DNA of 64,000 nt from Acidobacteriaceae bacterium (GCA_965199145.1 CBDAQH010000002.1:2146012-2210011), one strand, 5' to 3'; shown: positions 8,253-21,205, numbered from the stretch's first letter. Numbers and translations are program-made. Notes: generated by a model from the sequence alone, not told the origin.

Positions 8253-10289
8253 CTACTGCAGGTGCTGGTTGAACCATGCGACCGAGCGCTCCAGCACATC
8301 CCTCTGGTGGTCTGGGTTTACAAAGCCATGGCCCTCATTTGGGTACACCACCAGCGTCGTCGGCACATGGTAGGCCTCGAGCGCATGCCAGAACTCGAAG
8401 CTCTGCGGTGCCGGGCATTCGCCGTCACGGTCGCCCACCACCACCAGCGTCGGCGTCGAGACCTGGCTGATGTAGTTGATTGCCGAGCTCTTGGCATAAA
8501 CCGCCGGATCCTTGTAGACACTGGCGCCGAAGAACGGCGTCATCCACTGGTCGATCGAGTTCTCACCGTAATACGAAAGCCAGTCGCTGATGCCTGCTCC
8601 GGCGACCGCTGCCTTGAAGCGGTGCGTCTGCGTCACCGCGAACATGGTCATAAAGCCGCCGTAGCTCCAGCCGGTAATGCCGAGCCGGTTGTTGTCGATC
8701 GGCAGCTTCTTCTCGATCTCATCGACCCCGGCCAGAATGTCACGCAGATCCCCGTAGCCGAAATCCTTGCGATTGGCCTCTGTAAACATCTCCCCCTCGC
8801 CATACGACCCGCGCGGGTTGGGCTCGAGAACGAAGTAGCCCGAAGCTGCGAGCGGGGCTGCGCCAAAGCCGGCACGCGGCCAGCGCGGCGTCACCGCTGA
8901 AGAGGGACCGCCATGCACCATCACGATCAGCCCGTAGCGCTTCGAAGGATCATAGTTCGCCGGATACAGCAGCCATCCCTGAACGTTGAAGCCCTCATTG
9001 GCCCAGCGCACGGACTCTGCCTTGCCCCAGGTAGGCTTTTCTGTCGCGTTGATATGCGTGACGGCCGGCAGACTCTCTTTGGTCAACGGACCGGCGTAGA
9101 CCTCGGGTGCCGTGCTGTAGCTCGACGCAGACCAGGCAGCGACCTTGCCATCGCGCGAGACTGCGAACGAGCCGGCGAGGCGGCCATCGCCGATCGAGTA
9201 TGGAACGGTCTGGATCCTGTGCTGTTCGGCTCGGCCTTCTGCCGGAAGGTTGACCATGTCGATTTCTTCTTCGCCGGCGTCAATGGCAGTCGTCAGTATG
9301 GTGCCGGAAGGCAACCAATCAGTCCACTGGAAGGAGACATGGGTACCCGGGGTGGTGTCGGTCGGAGCCGCCGAGCCGTCCGCGGGCACCGTATAGAGAT
9401 CCCCTCCTGTCGCGCCCTGATCGCTCATCAGCCCGCCGATGAACGCAATGCGCTGCCCATCCGGAGAGAAGCGGGGTACGGCGATTTGGAGGCCGTGCAG
9501 CGGCCCTTCCACAGTGCCGGGGTCCAGAACCACTTTGGGCGCTGCGCCGGGCGTGACCGACTCGGTATAAAGCTTCGCCACCCACCAGTTGTTCTCGCCC
9601 GGCGGCGCGGCCGCCACAAAGGCGATCTGCCGGCTGTTCTGGGCAAACGAGAACTCATAGACATGCAGCCCCGCTGGGCTGATCTGCCGCAGCTCCCCAC
9701 TTGCTGCGTCGAGCATGGCGACTCGCTGCACCTCCAGGCCTTCTACGCCGATCTCCCCGGAAGGCGGCTTCATCGCGGCCAGCGCTCCGGAGGGCCGGGT
9801 GGCGCCTTCGACATAAAGCATGGCCAGCGCACGCCCATCCGGCGTGTACTCGAGTGATTTGGCGAAGCCGTGAAGCGTCGTCAGGGTGCGCGGCCTGGCA
9901 CCAGCCTCCGCGGTGGTGACCACCACCTGCGGGCTGCCGCCGCAATCAACCAGTGCAGCCAGGTGCGTGCTGTCCGGTGACCAGCTCAGCGCGGAGACAG
10001 ACTCTTTTCCTCCAGCGGCTCCCGTGCAGAGCGTGGCCATGTGCCCGGACTCCGGCTGGCCAACCGGCGCGATCACTAGGTTGCCGGCCACCTCCATGGC
10101 GAGCGTCCGGCCATCCGGCGTGAGCGCCACATCGCCAACGCGCTTGCTCCCCGCCAGGGTGCGCAGCAAGGCGCCGGTCGTCGAGCTGCCCCCGGCTGAG
10201 GGCGTCGCCTGCGACCAGGAGGAAGTGGGAAGGACGGAGAACAAAGCCGTGGAAAGGCTCAGCAGCAAGGCAGCGCGGGCAGGGGACAT
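8253..10289 (-). CDS. S9 family serine peptidase (prolyl oligopeptidase / acylaminoacyl-peptidase type) with N-terminal propeller
   Basis: Track ORF 8253..10370 trimmed to ATG 10289 (signal-like MSPARAALLLSLSTALFSVLPTSSWSQ). Nucleophile elbow ITGWSYGG, later GDRDGECP and NEGHGF. PD40-like repeats (SPDG...). Confidence 0.85.
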   Translation of the reverse strand: MSPARAALLLSLSTALFSVLPTSSWSQATPSAGGSSTTGALLRTLAGSKRVGDVALTPDGRTLAMEVAGNLVIAPVGQPESGHMATLCTGAAGGKESVSALSWSPDSTHLAALVDCGGSPQVVVTTAEAGARPRTLTTLHGFAKSLEYTPDGRALAMLYVEGATRPSGALAAMKPPSGEIGVEGLEVQRVAMLDAASGELRQISPAGLHVYEFSFAQNSRQIAFVAAAPPGENNWWVAKLYTESVTPGAAPKVVLDPGTVEGPLHGLQIAVPRFSPDGQRIAFIGGLMSDQGATGGDLYTVPADGSAAPTDTTPGTHVSFQWTDWLPSGTILTTAIDAGEEEIDMVNLPAEGRAEQHRIQTVPYSIGDGRLAGSFAVSRDGKVAAWSASSYSTAPEVYAGPLTKESLPAVTHINATEKPTWGKAESVRWANEGFNVQGWLLYPANYDPSKRYGLIVMVHGGPSSAVTPRWPRAGFGAAPLAASGYFVLEPNPRGSYGEGEMFTEANRKDFGYGDLRDILAGVDEIEKKLPIDNNRLGITGWSYGGFMTMFAVTQTHRFKAAVAGAGISDWLSYYGENSIDQWMTPFFGASVYKDPAVYAKSSAINYISQVSTPTLVVVGDRDGECPAPQSFEFWHALEAYHVPTTLVVYPNEGHGFVNPDHQRDVLERSVAWFNQHLQ

Positions 10290-10484
10290 GCCGTGAATAC
10301 TAGCAGCGCTCTTTGCCGGAAACCTGTCCGCCGAATAGCTAGCTGTGTAACAGTTTGTATGAGGACCCAAACAGATAAGGATCTGCTTCCGTGGTTCCAG
10401 CGCAGATCAACCAAAGCAGATCGTGAGTTTCCAGGTATCGCGGAGACATGGCACATCGTTCCGGCCCTGTATGCTTACGCCGGA

Positions 10485-10513
10485 TTGACGAGCGGGCTTC
10501 GCCTTGCTACTCT
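10485..10513 (+). promoter_or_regulatory. candidate sigma-70 promoter for the rpsL leader
   Basis: TTGACG (10485-10490), 17-nt spacer, TACTCT (10508-10513). It lies about 500 nt upstream of rpsL, so the leader would be long. Confidence 0.3.
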
Positions 10514-11014
10514 AAAAAGGTTCTGCCCCGCATTGCATTGCTCGCCTCTGGCGGGTCTGCGCGGGAGGGAACGAGCAGGACTTTCTGAAGCGCCCGAGAC
10601 GAAGCTGAACTCGATTCGGGCAGATGGATGGCTTCAGAGCTGTAAGCGGCCAAAGCAGTGGGCCGCCGAGCAGCCTTCGCATGTGCTTGCGACACCCGTC
10701 ACCTAGGCGGGCTATGCAGGCCAGGGACTCGCGAAACGGAACTAGGCTTGCCTTTGCTCCCTGCTCTTCGGGGGAGAGCCAACGCATGGTCACCGTCGGG
10801 GTCTGATCGCCTGGGTTTGTGTGTATTGCTTTGCGTCGTATGCTGTAGGGCCCTTCAGGTAGATGTGCGCCCGCCGGCAGCAGCAAAGGAAGTGGAAAGA
10901 GTGGCTGGGAAAGCCGCCGGCTTGTTGCTGCGGGAAGTTTGTCCGTGGGGCGGGTCGTATGTCCTAGTGGTGTTGGTCGCATCGATTTATCGGTTCTACG
11001 AAGGAGTAGCGGGT

Positions 11015-11419
11015 TTGCCTACATTCAGTCAGTTGGTTCGCAAGGGGCGCACCGCGCCGCGTTACAAAACGGCTTCGCCGGCTTTGCAGGGCTCGCCGCA
11101 GCGGCGCGGCGTCTGCACCCGCGTCTATACGCAGACACCCAAGAAGCCGAATTCAGCCCTGCGCAAGGTAGCGCGTGTACGCCTGACCAATGGGATTGAA
11201 GTCACGACCTACATCCCCGGCATCGGCCACAACCTTCAAGAGCACTCGATCGTGCTGATCCGTGGCGGCCGCGTGAAGGATCTGCCCGGGGTGCGCTACC
11301 ACGTAGTCCGCGGCACGCTCGATTCCGTTGGCGTCGCCGGCCGCAAGCAGAGCCGGTCAAAGTACGGAGCCAAGCGCGCCAAGGGTGGCGCAGCGGCTAC
11401 CACCGGTAAAAAGAAGTAA
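11015..11419 (+). CDS. rpsL: 30S ribosomal protein S12
   Basis: TTG start at 11015, 8 nt after AAGGAG (11001-11006). Sequence [11 protein letters not shown]...[16 protein letters not shown]...[12 protein letters not shown]. Lys/Gly-rich C-terminal tail. Confidence 0.95.
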   Translation: MPTFSQLVRKGRTAPRYKTASPALQGSPQRRGVCTRVYTQTPKKPNSALRKVARVRLTNGIEVTTYIPGIGHNLQEHSIVLIRGGRVKDLPGVRYHVVRGTLDSVGVAGRKQSRSKYGAKRAKGGAAATTGKKK

Positions 11420-11452
11420 GCAAGAACACGAGATAAGGCGAGAGACGAGACG

Positions 11453-11926
11453 ATGCCAAGAAAAGGCCATGTTGCCAAGAGGGAAGTCGCAGCGGACCCG
11501 GTCTATCAGTCCACGCTGGTGACCAAGTTTGTGAACTCCATGATGTGGGGCGGGAAGAAGTCCACCGCCCAGGGCATCTTCTACACCGCGATGACCAATC
11601 TCGAGCAGAAGGGCGGCGGCGACGACGCGCTCAAGCTGTTCAAGAAAGCAGTCGAGAACTGCAAGCCGCTGCTGGAAGTCAAGAGCCGGCGAGTCGGCGG
11701 CGCCAATTATCAGGTGCCGATCGAAGTCAACCCGGAGCGGCGGACCTCGCTCGCCATCCGCTGGCTGGTGAACTACGGTCGCGCCCGCGGCGAGAAGGGC
11801 ATGGTCGACAAGCTCACCAATGAGCTGCTCGACGCAGCCAACGGCCGTGGCGCTGCGATGAAGAAGAAGGAAGATATCCACCGCATGGCCGAGGCCAATA
11901 AGGCCTTTGCCCACTACCGCTGGTAG
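11453..11926 (+). CDS. rpsG: 30S ribosomal protein S7
   Basis: 157 aa ([12 protein letters not shown]...[10 protein letters not shown]). Confidence 0.95.
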   Translation: MPRKGHVAKREVAADPVYQSTLVTKFVNSMMWGGKKSTAQGIFYTAMTNLEQKGGGDDALKLFKKAVENCKPLLEVKSRRVGGANYQVPIEVNPERRTSLAIRWLVNYGRARGEKGMVDKLTNELLDAANGRGAAMKKKEDIHRMAEANKAFAHYRW

Positions 11927-12046
11927 GCCTAGGGGCTTAGGCGCAGGTAAGTTGAGTACGAGCGCGCAAGCGCCGCAGGGGCAGGGCTCACGCAAGTGGC
12001 TCTGCTACAGTGCACTACCATCGTAAGAGAGACAAAGAGAGACACC

Positions 12047-14134
<2,088 letters not shown>

Positions 14135-14200
14135 GGCAGACGTAACGGCGCAACAGGGATTTGTTCCAAGATCGGTTACAGACCGCAAGAGGGAGCCAGT

Positions 14201-15388
<1,188 letters not shown>

Positions 15389-15406
15389 AGGTTCACTCTT
15401 ATGAGG

Positions 15407-15435
15407 GCCGCTCCTTCGTCTCATGAGCGGCTTTC
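15407..15435 (+). terminator. weak hairpin plus TTTC after tuf (possible attenuator between the str and S10 operons)
   Basis: 7-bp stem GCCGCTC (15407-15413) / GAGCGGC (15425-15431), 11-nt loop, then TTTC. No strong U tract. Confidence 0.3.
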
Positions 15436-15517
15436 GGCCTTCCCTTAGAACTCGTTCTTTGCGTAGCAAGAGCCGCGGCGCAGCATGTGCCTGCGAGCAG
15501 AAAGATCTGGAACAGCA

Positions 15518-15835
15518 ATGGTAGGACAAAGAATTCGTATCCGGTTGAAGGCGTATGACTACCGGGTGCTGGACACCTCGACCGGCGAGATCGTTGACAC
15601 GGCCAAGCGCACAGGCGCGCAGGTTGCCGGACCCATTCCCTTGCCGACCGTCAAGAACAAGTACTGCGTGCTGCGCTCGCCCCACGTCGACAAGAAGTCG
15701 CGTGAGGCCTTCGAGATCCGCACTCACAAACGGCTCATCGATATCCTCGAGCCGACACAGCAGACGGTCGATGCGCTCATGAAGCTCGATTTGCCGGCTG
15801 GTGTCGACGTCGAGATCAAAGCCTTCGAGAAGTAA
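15518..15835 (+). CDS. rpsJ: 30S ribosomal protein S10
   Basis: Track ORF trimmed to ATG 15518 ([19 protein letters not shown]...). Confidence 0.93.
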   Translation: MVGQRIRIRLKAYDYRVLDTSTGEIVDTAKRTGAQVAGPIPLPTVKNKYCVLRSPHVDKKSREAFEIRTHKRLIDILEPTQQTVDALMKLDLPAGVDVEIKAFEK

Positions 15836-15933
15836 GGACTAGCCGTCCAGGCGGCGACCCCTTCGGGTGTAAAAGCAAGAAAGCCGGCAGTGCGGACCGC
15901 AAAACATACGGCGCATGATGAGGAAGGATACAG

Positions 15934-16677
15934 ATGGCAGTTACAGGCATACTCGGTAAAAAGATCGGCATGACGCAGGTATTTGATGAGAAGGGCGACG
16001 TTCACCCGATCACCGTCCTGCAGGCAGGCCCGTGCGTGATTACGCAGCTCAAGACCCTGGCACGCGACGGCTACGACGCCGCGCAGATCGGCCTGGTTGA
16101 GTTCGTCAAGGCCTCCAAGGTGACCAAGCCGCAGGCTGGCCATTTTGCCAAGAACAACGTTGCGCCCGTGCGCCTGATCAAGGAAGTCGGCGTCGAAGCC
16201 GTCAAGCCCGTCGCTGAAGGTGAGCAGGCTGAGGTCGGTGTCAAGGCCGGCGATCGTGTGCTTGTCGACATCTTCTCTGACGAGAAGTATGTCGACGTCA
16301 TTGGCACCAGCAAAGGTCGCGGTTTCGCAGGCGTCGTACGCCGGCACAACTTTGGCGGCGGCCCCAAGTCACATGGACACATGTTCCAGGTGCAAGGCTC
16401 GATTGGAGCATCCTCGTTTCCGTCGCGTGTCTTTCCGGGCCAGCGTATGCCGGGCCACTACGGGGTGGACCGCACCACGGTTCGCAACCTTCGGATCCGG
16501 GGCATCGACCTCGAAGAAAACCTCATCATGGTTGAGGGGGCAGTCCCTGGTTCGCGAGAAGGATTCGTACTGATCTCGAAGCCCAAGGCTCCTCCGCGTG
16601 AGCGTCGCGGTTTTGCCGGCTCCGGCACAGTGGATCCATTGAAGGCTTCAAAGAAGGCATCCGCCAAGAAGAAGTAG
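15934..16677 (+). CDS. rplC: 50S ribosomal protein L3
   Basis: 247 aa (MAVTGILGKKIGMTQVFDEKG...). GAGGAAGG lies upstream. Basic C-terminal extension. Confidence 0.95.
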   Translation: MAVTGILGKKIGMTQVFDEKGDVHPITVLQAGPCVITQLKTLARDGYDAAQIGLVEFVKASKVTKPQAGHFAKNNVAPVRLIKEVGVEAVKPVAEGEQAEVGVKAGDRVLVDIFSDEKYVDVIGTSKGRGFAGVVRRHNFGGGPKSHGHMFQVQGSIGASSFPSRVFPGQRMPGHYGVDRTTVRNLRIRGIDLEENLIMVEGAVPGSREGFVLISKPKAPPRERRGFAGSGTVDPLKASKKASAKKK

Positions 16678-16774
16678 CTGGACTCGTCGTTCAGGCAAGA
16701 ACGCCCTTTCAGGCGCGAGATCAAGAACTATGCAGCCGCGCCTCCAGCGTCGGGTCTGCGAGAAGAGAAAAGCA

Positions 16775-17458
16775 ATGGCAACCATCGATGTACATAACCT
16801 CCGTGGAGAAACAGTCGGCTCTTTTGAGCTGGCGGACGAAATCTTCGCGCCCGACTCGGTGAACCAGGGCCTGGTTTGGGAAGCGGTCAAGCACTTCCGC
16901 GCCGCCATGCGCCAGGGCACCGCGGCTACCAAGAATCGCAAGCTGGTCTCCGGTTCCGGCAAAAAGCTGTGGAAGCAGAAGGGTACAGGGCGCGCCCGTG
17001 TAGGCTCGGTCCGCTCGCCCCTCTGGCGCCATGGCGGCACTGTCCACGGGCCACAGCCCCGCTCTTACGATTATGCCTTTCCTCGCAAGAAGGTGCAGGG
17101 CGCGCTCCGTTCCGCGCTCGCTGCCAAGCATGCTGAGGGCAAGCTGATTGTGGTTGACACACTGCAGCTTGCGGAGCCCAAAACCAAGCTTTACCGCGCA
17201 GCCCTCGATACGCTCGATGCCAAGCGCACCGTGCTCCTGGTCGAGTCATCGGCCGAGCTTGCGGTCAACACGGTTCTGGGCGCGCGCAACCTCGCGCAGG
17301 TGCAGCTGCTGCTCTCAACCGAGGTGCACCCCTACGACGTCCTGCGTCACGATCGCGCGATCTTTTCAAAGTCGGCGATTGAAACACTGCAGGAGTCGCT
17401 TCGCAAGACGGTGTCCAAGCGTAAGCTGGCTGCTACCAGAAAGGCACAGGTCGCTTAA
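16775..17458 (+). CDS. rplD: 50S ribosomal protein L4
   Basis: Track ORF trimmed to ATG 16775 (MATIDVHNLRGETVGSFEL...GSGKKLWKQKGTGRAR). Confidence 0.93.
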   Translation: MATIDVHNLRGETVGSFELADEIFAPDSVNQGLVWEAVKHFRAAMRQGTAATKNRKLVSGSGKKLWKQKGTGRARVGSVRSPLWRHGGTVHGPQPRSYDYAFPRKKVQGALRSALAAKHAEGKLIVVDTLQLAEPKTKLYRAALDTLDAKRTVLLVESSAELAVNTVLGARNLAQVQLLLSTEVHPYDVLRHDRAIFSKSAIETLQESLRKTVSKRKLAATRKAQVA

Positions 17459-17460
17459 AC

Positions 17461-17754
17461 ATGCCGACACTCCACACCACGCTGCGCCGGCCGGTGATCA
17501 CCGAAAAGGGCCTGCAAAACAAGGAAGCCGAGTCCACCCTCGTCTTCGAGGTAGCACCGAAGGCAACCAAGACCGAAGTCAAGCAGGCGGTGGAAAGCTT
17601 GTTCAAGGTCAAGGTGGCTACGGTACGTACCATGAACTACCTGGGCAAAGAACGGCGCCGGGGCAAGTTTGCCGGCTACCGACCGGACTGGAAGAAGGCC
17701 TATGTACGTCTCCAGCCGGGCGAGAAGATGCCGGAATACGTAGATAGCCTCTAA
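17461..17754 (+). CDS. rplW: 50S ribosomal protein L23
   Basis: 97 aa (LRRPVITEKGL...KVATVRTMN...WKKAYVRL). Confidence 0.93.
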   Translation: MPTLHTTLRRPVITEKGLQNKEAESTLVFEVAPKATKTEVKQAVESLFKVKVATVRTMNYLGKERRRGKFAGYRPDWKKAYVRLQPGEKMPEYVDSL

Positions 17755-17865
17755 GACAGCCTTTAAGCGCGCGCCCCCCTCCTGTGCGAGAAGCGCGAAG
17801 ACGATTGAGCAAGCAGGGCGGATGCGGGCTGCAAACCCCATCCGCCGGAACAGACGAGCGAAACG

Positions 17866-18690
17866 ATGCCGATCAAAACATACCGACCCCTTACGCCGAC
17901 CCTGCGTTTCAAGACCACGCTGGTGAACGATGACATCACGACCGACAAGCCTTACAAGCCGCTTGTGGTTGTGAAGCAGCGTACCGGCGGACGCCGCAAC
18001 GCGGGAGACCTGACCATTCGCCATCAGGGCGGCGGCCATAAGAAGATGCTGCGCCTGATCGACTTCAAGCGCGAGAAGTATGGCGTGCCCGGCAAGGTCG
18101 CCACCATCGAGTACGACCCCAACCGCTCGAGCCGTATAGCGCTGATTTCCTACGCGGATGGCGAGAAGCGCTACATCATCCAGCCCGTCGGGCTCAAGGT
18201 TGGCCAGTCCATCATGAGCGGCCCAGACGCGGACATCCTGGTCGGCAATGCACTGCCGCTCCAGAACATCCCGGCCGGAACCACGGTGCATAATGTCGAG
18301 CTGCGTCCCGGCAAGGGCGCGCAGATGGTCCGCTCCGCCGGCGCCTCCGCGCAGCTGGTTGCCAAGGAAGGCGATTACGCTCTGCTGAAACTCCCCTCAG
18401 GCGAAACCCGGCGGGTGCTCGTCACCTGCATGGCGACCATCGGGCAGGTCGGCAACACAGATCACGAAAACGTGACCATCGGCAAAGCGGGACGCAATCG
18501 CTGGAAGGGCATCCGCCCGGCCAACCGCGGCGTCTCCATGAACCCGGTCGACCATCCGCACGGCGGCGGCGAAGGTAAGACCTCCGGCGGCCGTCATCCG
18601 GTCACCCCCTGGGGCCAGCCCACACGCGGCTACAAGACACGCAACAACAAACGGACCGATGTGTTCATCGTCAATCGCCGCAAGAAGTAG
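17866..18690 (+). CDS. rplB: 50S ribosomal protein L2
   Basis: 274 aa ([15 protein letters not shown]...[20 protein letters not shown]). Confidence 0.96.
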   Translation: MPIKTYRPLTPTLRFKTTLVNDDITTDKPYKPLVVVKQRTGGRRNAGDLTIRHQGGGHKKMLRLIDFKREKYGVPGKVATIEYDPNRSSRIALISYADGEKRYIIQPVGLKVGQSIMSGPDADILVGNALPLQNIPAGTTVHNVELRPGKGAQMVRSAGASAQLVAKEGDYALLKLPSGETRRVLVTCMATIGQVGNTDHENVTIGKAGRNRWKGIRPANRGVSMNPVDHPHGGGEGKTSGGRHPVTPWGQPTRGYKTRNNKRTDVFIVNRRKK

Positions 18691-18772
18691 GTCCTACGGT
18701 CCTGCGCGGACGGCGAACGGCTTCGCGTAATTTGCACAAGTATGGCGCCCCGGCGCCGCAAAGGGAGTAAGC

Positions 18773-19060
18773 ATGGCACGGTCTACAAAGAAGGGTCCTT
18801 TTATCGACGGACACTTGATGGTCAAAGTGGAGGCAATGAATACTGCGAACGAGAAGAAGGTCATTCGTACCTGGTCGCGGCGCTCCACCATCTTCCCGGA
18901 GTTTGTCGGGCACACGATCGCGGTCCACAACGGCCGCAAGTTCATCCCAGTCTATGTGACGGAAAACATGGTCGGGCATAAGCTGGGCGAGTTCTCAGCT
19001 ACCCGCACGTTCAAGGGCCACACCGCCAAGTCCAACGAGTCTTCGGCCAAGGCACGCTAA
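18773..19060 (+). CDS. rpsS: 30S ribosomal protein S19
   Basis: 95 aa ([15 protein letters not shown]...[23 protein letters not shown]). Confidence 0.95.
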   Translation: MARSTKKGPFIDGHLMVKVEAMNTANEKKVIRTWSRRSTIFPEFVGHTIAVHNGRKFIPVYVTENMVGHKLGEFSATRTFKGHTAKSNESSAKAR

Positions 19061-19144
19061 GGGCGTGACGTTCTAGGGGCGCTCTAAGCGCAGGCGCCGG
19101 CAAGATCTGCGATGAAACCATCGCGAGAGAGTGAGACACGAGTC

Positions 19145-19654
19145 ATGCAGCAGCAGGTGGAAACACGGGAGTTCCGGGCTGAGGCCCGCTTCCAGCGGGT
19201 AAGCCCGCAAAAAGCGCGGCTGGTGCTGGACCTGATCAAGGGTCAGCCGGTCGAGCAGGCATTGAACATCATCATGTTCACCAAAAAGGGTGTTGCGCCT
19301 CTGGTCGAAAAGGTTCTGCGCTCAGCCGTGCAGAATGCCAATTACCTAAGCGGCGAGCAGGGTCTCGACATCGATGTCGACAACCTGTATGTCAAGACCG
19401 CTATCGCTAACGACGGCCCTCGCATGAAGCGGATCCGCCCGGCTCCGATGGGCCGCGCTTTCCGCTATCAACGTCGCATGTCGCACATTGCCATCTCCAT
19501 CGCCGAACTAGGCGACGGCGGTGAGACCGGAACCGACTTTGGCGCAGGCGCCAAGCCCGCCCGTGGCAGCAAGGCTACAGCACGCGCTGCCTCGAAAACT
19601 TCATCGAAGGCCGGGGCCAGTGCCCCAGGCAGGAAAAAGGCTCTCACCGCCTAA
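19145..19654 (+). CDS. rplV: 50S ribosomal protein L22 with Ala/Lys-rich C-terminal extension
   Basis: Frame of track ORF 19112..19654. ATG 19145 is preferred (an alternative ATG is at 19112). Core AEARFQRVSPQKARLVLDLIKG. Confidence 0.9.
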   Translation: MQQQVETREFRAEARFQRVSPQKARLVLDLIKGQPVEQALNIIMFTKKGVAPLVEKVLRSAVQNANYLSGEQGLDIDVDNLYVKTAIANDGPRMKRIRPAPMGRAFRYQRRMSHIAISIAELGDGGETGTDFGAGAKPARGSKATARAASKTSSKAGASAPGRKKALTA

Positions 19655-19706
19655 ACGCGTTTGATGGGCTCGCGGCATGCCGGCGAGCGGAACAGCAGAG
19701 GAAACA

Positions 19707-20381
19707 ATGGGTCAGAAAGTTCATCCGTACGGATTCCGTCTGGGCGTCAACAAGCCCTGGCGCTCGCGCTGGTTTGTGGAGCGCGACTATGACAAGCTCC
19801 TGGTGGAGGATGTGCTCCTCAAGCGCGAGCTGAAAGAAAAGCTCAAGGCTGCCGGTGTCAGCTCCGTCGAAATCGAGCGTCCCGGCAACAAGCTGCGCCT
19901 CATCATCCGCACCGCGCGCCCCGGCATCATCATCGGGCGCAAAGGCGCGGAGATCGATAAGCTCAAGCTTGAGATCCAGAAGCGCACCAACCGCGATGTC
20001 TTCATCGACATCCTGGAAGTCAACAAGCCGGAGCTGGATGCACAGCTGGTCGCCGAGAACATTGCGTTGCAGCTTGAAAAGCGTGTCGGTTTCCGCCGCG
20101 CCATGCGCAAGGCTGTGGACTCGGCGCTGCGCTTCGGCTGCAAGGGCATCAAGGTCCGCGTATCAGGCCGGCTCAATGGCAATGAGATCGCACGCTCTGA
20201 GTGGTACCTGCAGGGCCGTCTGCCGCTCCATACCCTGCGCGCTGACATTGACTACGGGTTTGCCGAGGCGCACACCACCTATGGCCTCATCGGGGTCAAA
20301 ACCTGGGTGTACCGTGGCGACATCTACCAGCAGCGCCGTAGTGCGCCGCAGGTTGCCGGAGCCACTTCGCCCGTATTCTAA
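19707..20381 (+). CDS. rpsC: 30S ribosomal protein S3
   Basis: Track ORF trimmed to ATG 19707 ([18 protein letters not shown]...). TAA at 20379-20381. Confidence 0.95.
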   Translation: MGQKVHPYGFRLGVNKPWRSRWFVERDYDKLLVEDVLLKRELKEKLKAAGVSSVEIERPGNKLRLIIRTARPGIIIGRKGAEIDKLKLEIQKRTNRDVFIDILEVNKPELDAQLVAENIALQLEKRVGFRRAMRKAVDSALRFGCKGIKVRVSGRLNGNEIARSEWYLQGRLPLHTLRADIDYGFAEAHTTYGLIGVKTWVYRGDIYQQRRSAPQVAGATSPVF

Positions 20382-20410
20382 AAGCGAACCCTGGAAAAAG
20401 GGGGAGCGAC

Positions 20411-20551
20411 ATGGCGGAAGAGTACGCGACAAAAGAAGACATCCCGCGAGTGTTAGATCGAATTGACCGAGTCGCCGAGCGTAGACTCGGGCGTCTCTCC
20501 AAGGTAAAGCTCGAGTTGATCGAACGGGATGAGGCCGTCGTAACCAAGTGA
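20411..20551 (+). CDS. candidate 46-aa small ORF in the rpsC-rplP spacer
   Basis: Below the ORF-track cut-off, so translated by hand: MAEEYATKEDIPRVLDRIDRVAERRLGRLSKVKLELIERDEAVVTK. The ATG is preceded by AAAAAGGGGGAG (20395-20406). No family recognised. It overlaps the antisense candidate 20453..20623. Confidence 0.3.
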   Translation: MAEEYATKEDIPRVLDRIDRVAERRLGRLSKVKLELIERDEAVVTK

Positions 20552-20623
20552 CTGAAGGAGTTCAACAAGTGAGCCGTCAGCTTCGAATCGAAGTTCAAAG
20601 CGAACAAATCCCTTGTTGTTCAT
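20453..20623 (-). CDS. alternative candidate 56-aa small ORF, antisense to the 46-aa ORF
   Basis: Last 56 codons of track ORF 20453..21130, starting from the only ATG inside the spacer: MNNKGFVRFELRFEADGSLVELLQSLGYDGLIPFDQLELYLGETPESTLGDSVNSI. Only a weak GGA lies upstream. At most one of the two overlapping candidates is likely real. Confidence 0.2.
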   Translation of the reverse strand: MNNKGFVRFELRFEADGSLVELLQSLGYDGLIPFDQLELYLGETPESTLGDSVNSI

Positions 20624-20725
20624 TCCAGTGAACGTATGACCAGTCTCGAGGAGCGTGGAAACGATCTCGAGTGTCGGGACTAACCGAGCTGTCGCAATGC
20701 GAATGCCGGAAAGAGGATCAAAGCA

Positions 20726-21166
20726 ATGTTGATGCCAAAGAGGGTCAAGTTCCGCAAGCAGCAGCGCGGACGCATGAAAGGTAAGGCTTGGCGCGGCTCG
20801 GAACTCGCCTTCGGTGAGTTCGGGCTCAAGGCCATGGAGTGCGGCTACATCACCGATCGGCAGATCGAGGCCAGCCGTATCGCCATGACGCGGTTCATCA
20901 AGCGTGGCGGCAAGATCTGGCTGCGCATCTTCCCGGACAAGCCCATCACCAAGAAGCCAGCTGAAACCCGTATGGGCAAGGGCAAAGGCGCACCGGACCA
21001 CTGGTCGGCTGTAGTGCGGCCCGGCAAGCTGCTCTTTGAGATGGAAGGGGTCACCCCGGAGATCGCTGAGGAAGCCATGCGGCTCGCCGCACACAAGCTG
21101 CCGCTCAAGGTGCGCTTCGTCAAGCGTCACGATGTCGGCAGCCCGGCTCCCGCAGCAGCCAATTGA
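20726..21166 (+). CDS. rplP: 50S ribosomal protein L16
   Basis: 146 aa ([19 protein letters not shown]...). AAGAGGA lies upstream. Confidence 0.95.
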   Translation: MLMPKRVKFRKQQRGRMKGKAWRGSELAFGEFGLKAMECGYITDRQIEASRIAMTRFIKRGGKIWLRIFPDKPITKKPAETRMGKGKGAPDHWSAVVRPGKLLFEMEGVTPEIAEEAMRLAAHKLPLKVRFVKRHDVGSPAPAAAN

Positions 21167-21183
21167 TCGTCTTTGTTCGCTTC

Positions 21184-21205
21184 GGAGCCGCTCGCGTGCG
21201 GCTCC
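21184..21205 (+). other. GC-rich hairpin 18 nt after the rplP stop
   Basis: GGAGCCGC (21184-21191), loop TCGCGT, GCGGCTCC (21198-21205). No U tract, so more likely a processing or stability element than a terminator. Confidence 0.35.

Noticed and set aside
8241-9857. Plus-strand ORFs 8241..8900 and 8913..9857
   Set aside because: They are antisense to the S9 peptidase gene, which has the catalytic GWSYGG motif in the minus frame.
10512-10982. 156-aa minus ORF, plus the in-frame upstream extension of rpsL (10658 onward)
   Set aside because: The translations are Pro/Arg/Leu-rich and not protein-like. rpsL has a clear TTG start with AAGGAG at 11015. The interval is treated as non-coding leader.
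10371-11014. Possible RNase P, tmRNA, SRP or 6S RNA gene in the long rpsL upstream interval
   Set aside because: The minus strand has AGAAAGTCC and GCAGAACC. They are only about 55 nt apart and lack the surrounding P4 context. I also saw no tRNA-like 3' end and no SRP GGAA/AGCA motif. This cannot be excluded without a covariance-model scan.
20296-20607. 103-aa minus ORF overlapping the 3' end of rpsC
   Set aside because: Most of it is antisense to the rpsC coding sequence. Only the spacer-internal small ORFs were kept, as low-confidence candidates.
20624-21130. Upstream 169 codons of the 225-aa minus ORF 20453..21130
   Set aside because: This part is antisense to rplP and has no ATG/GTG/TTG inside the spacer other than the ATG at 20623. 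Only the terminal 56 codons were considered.
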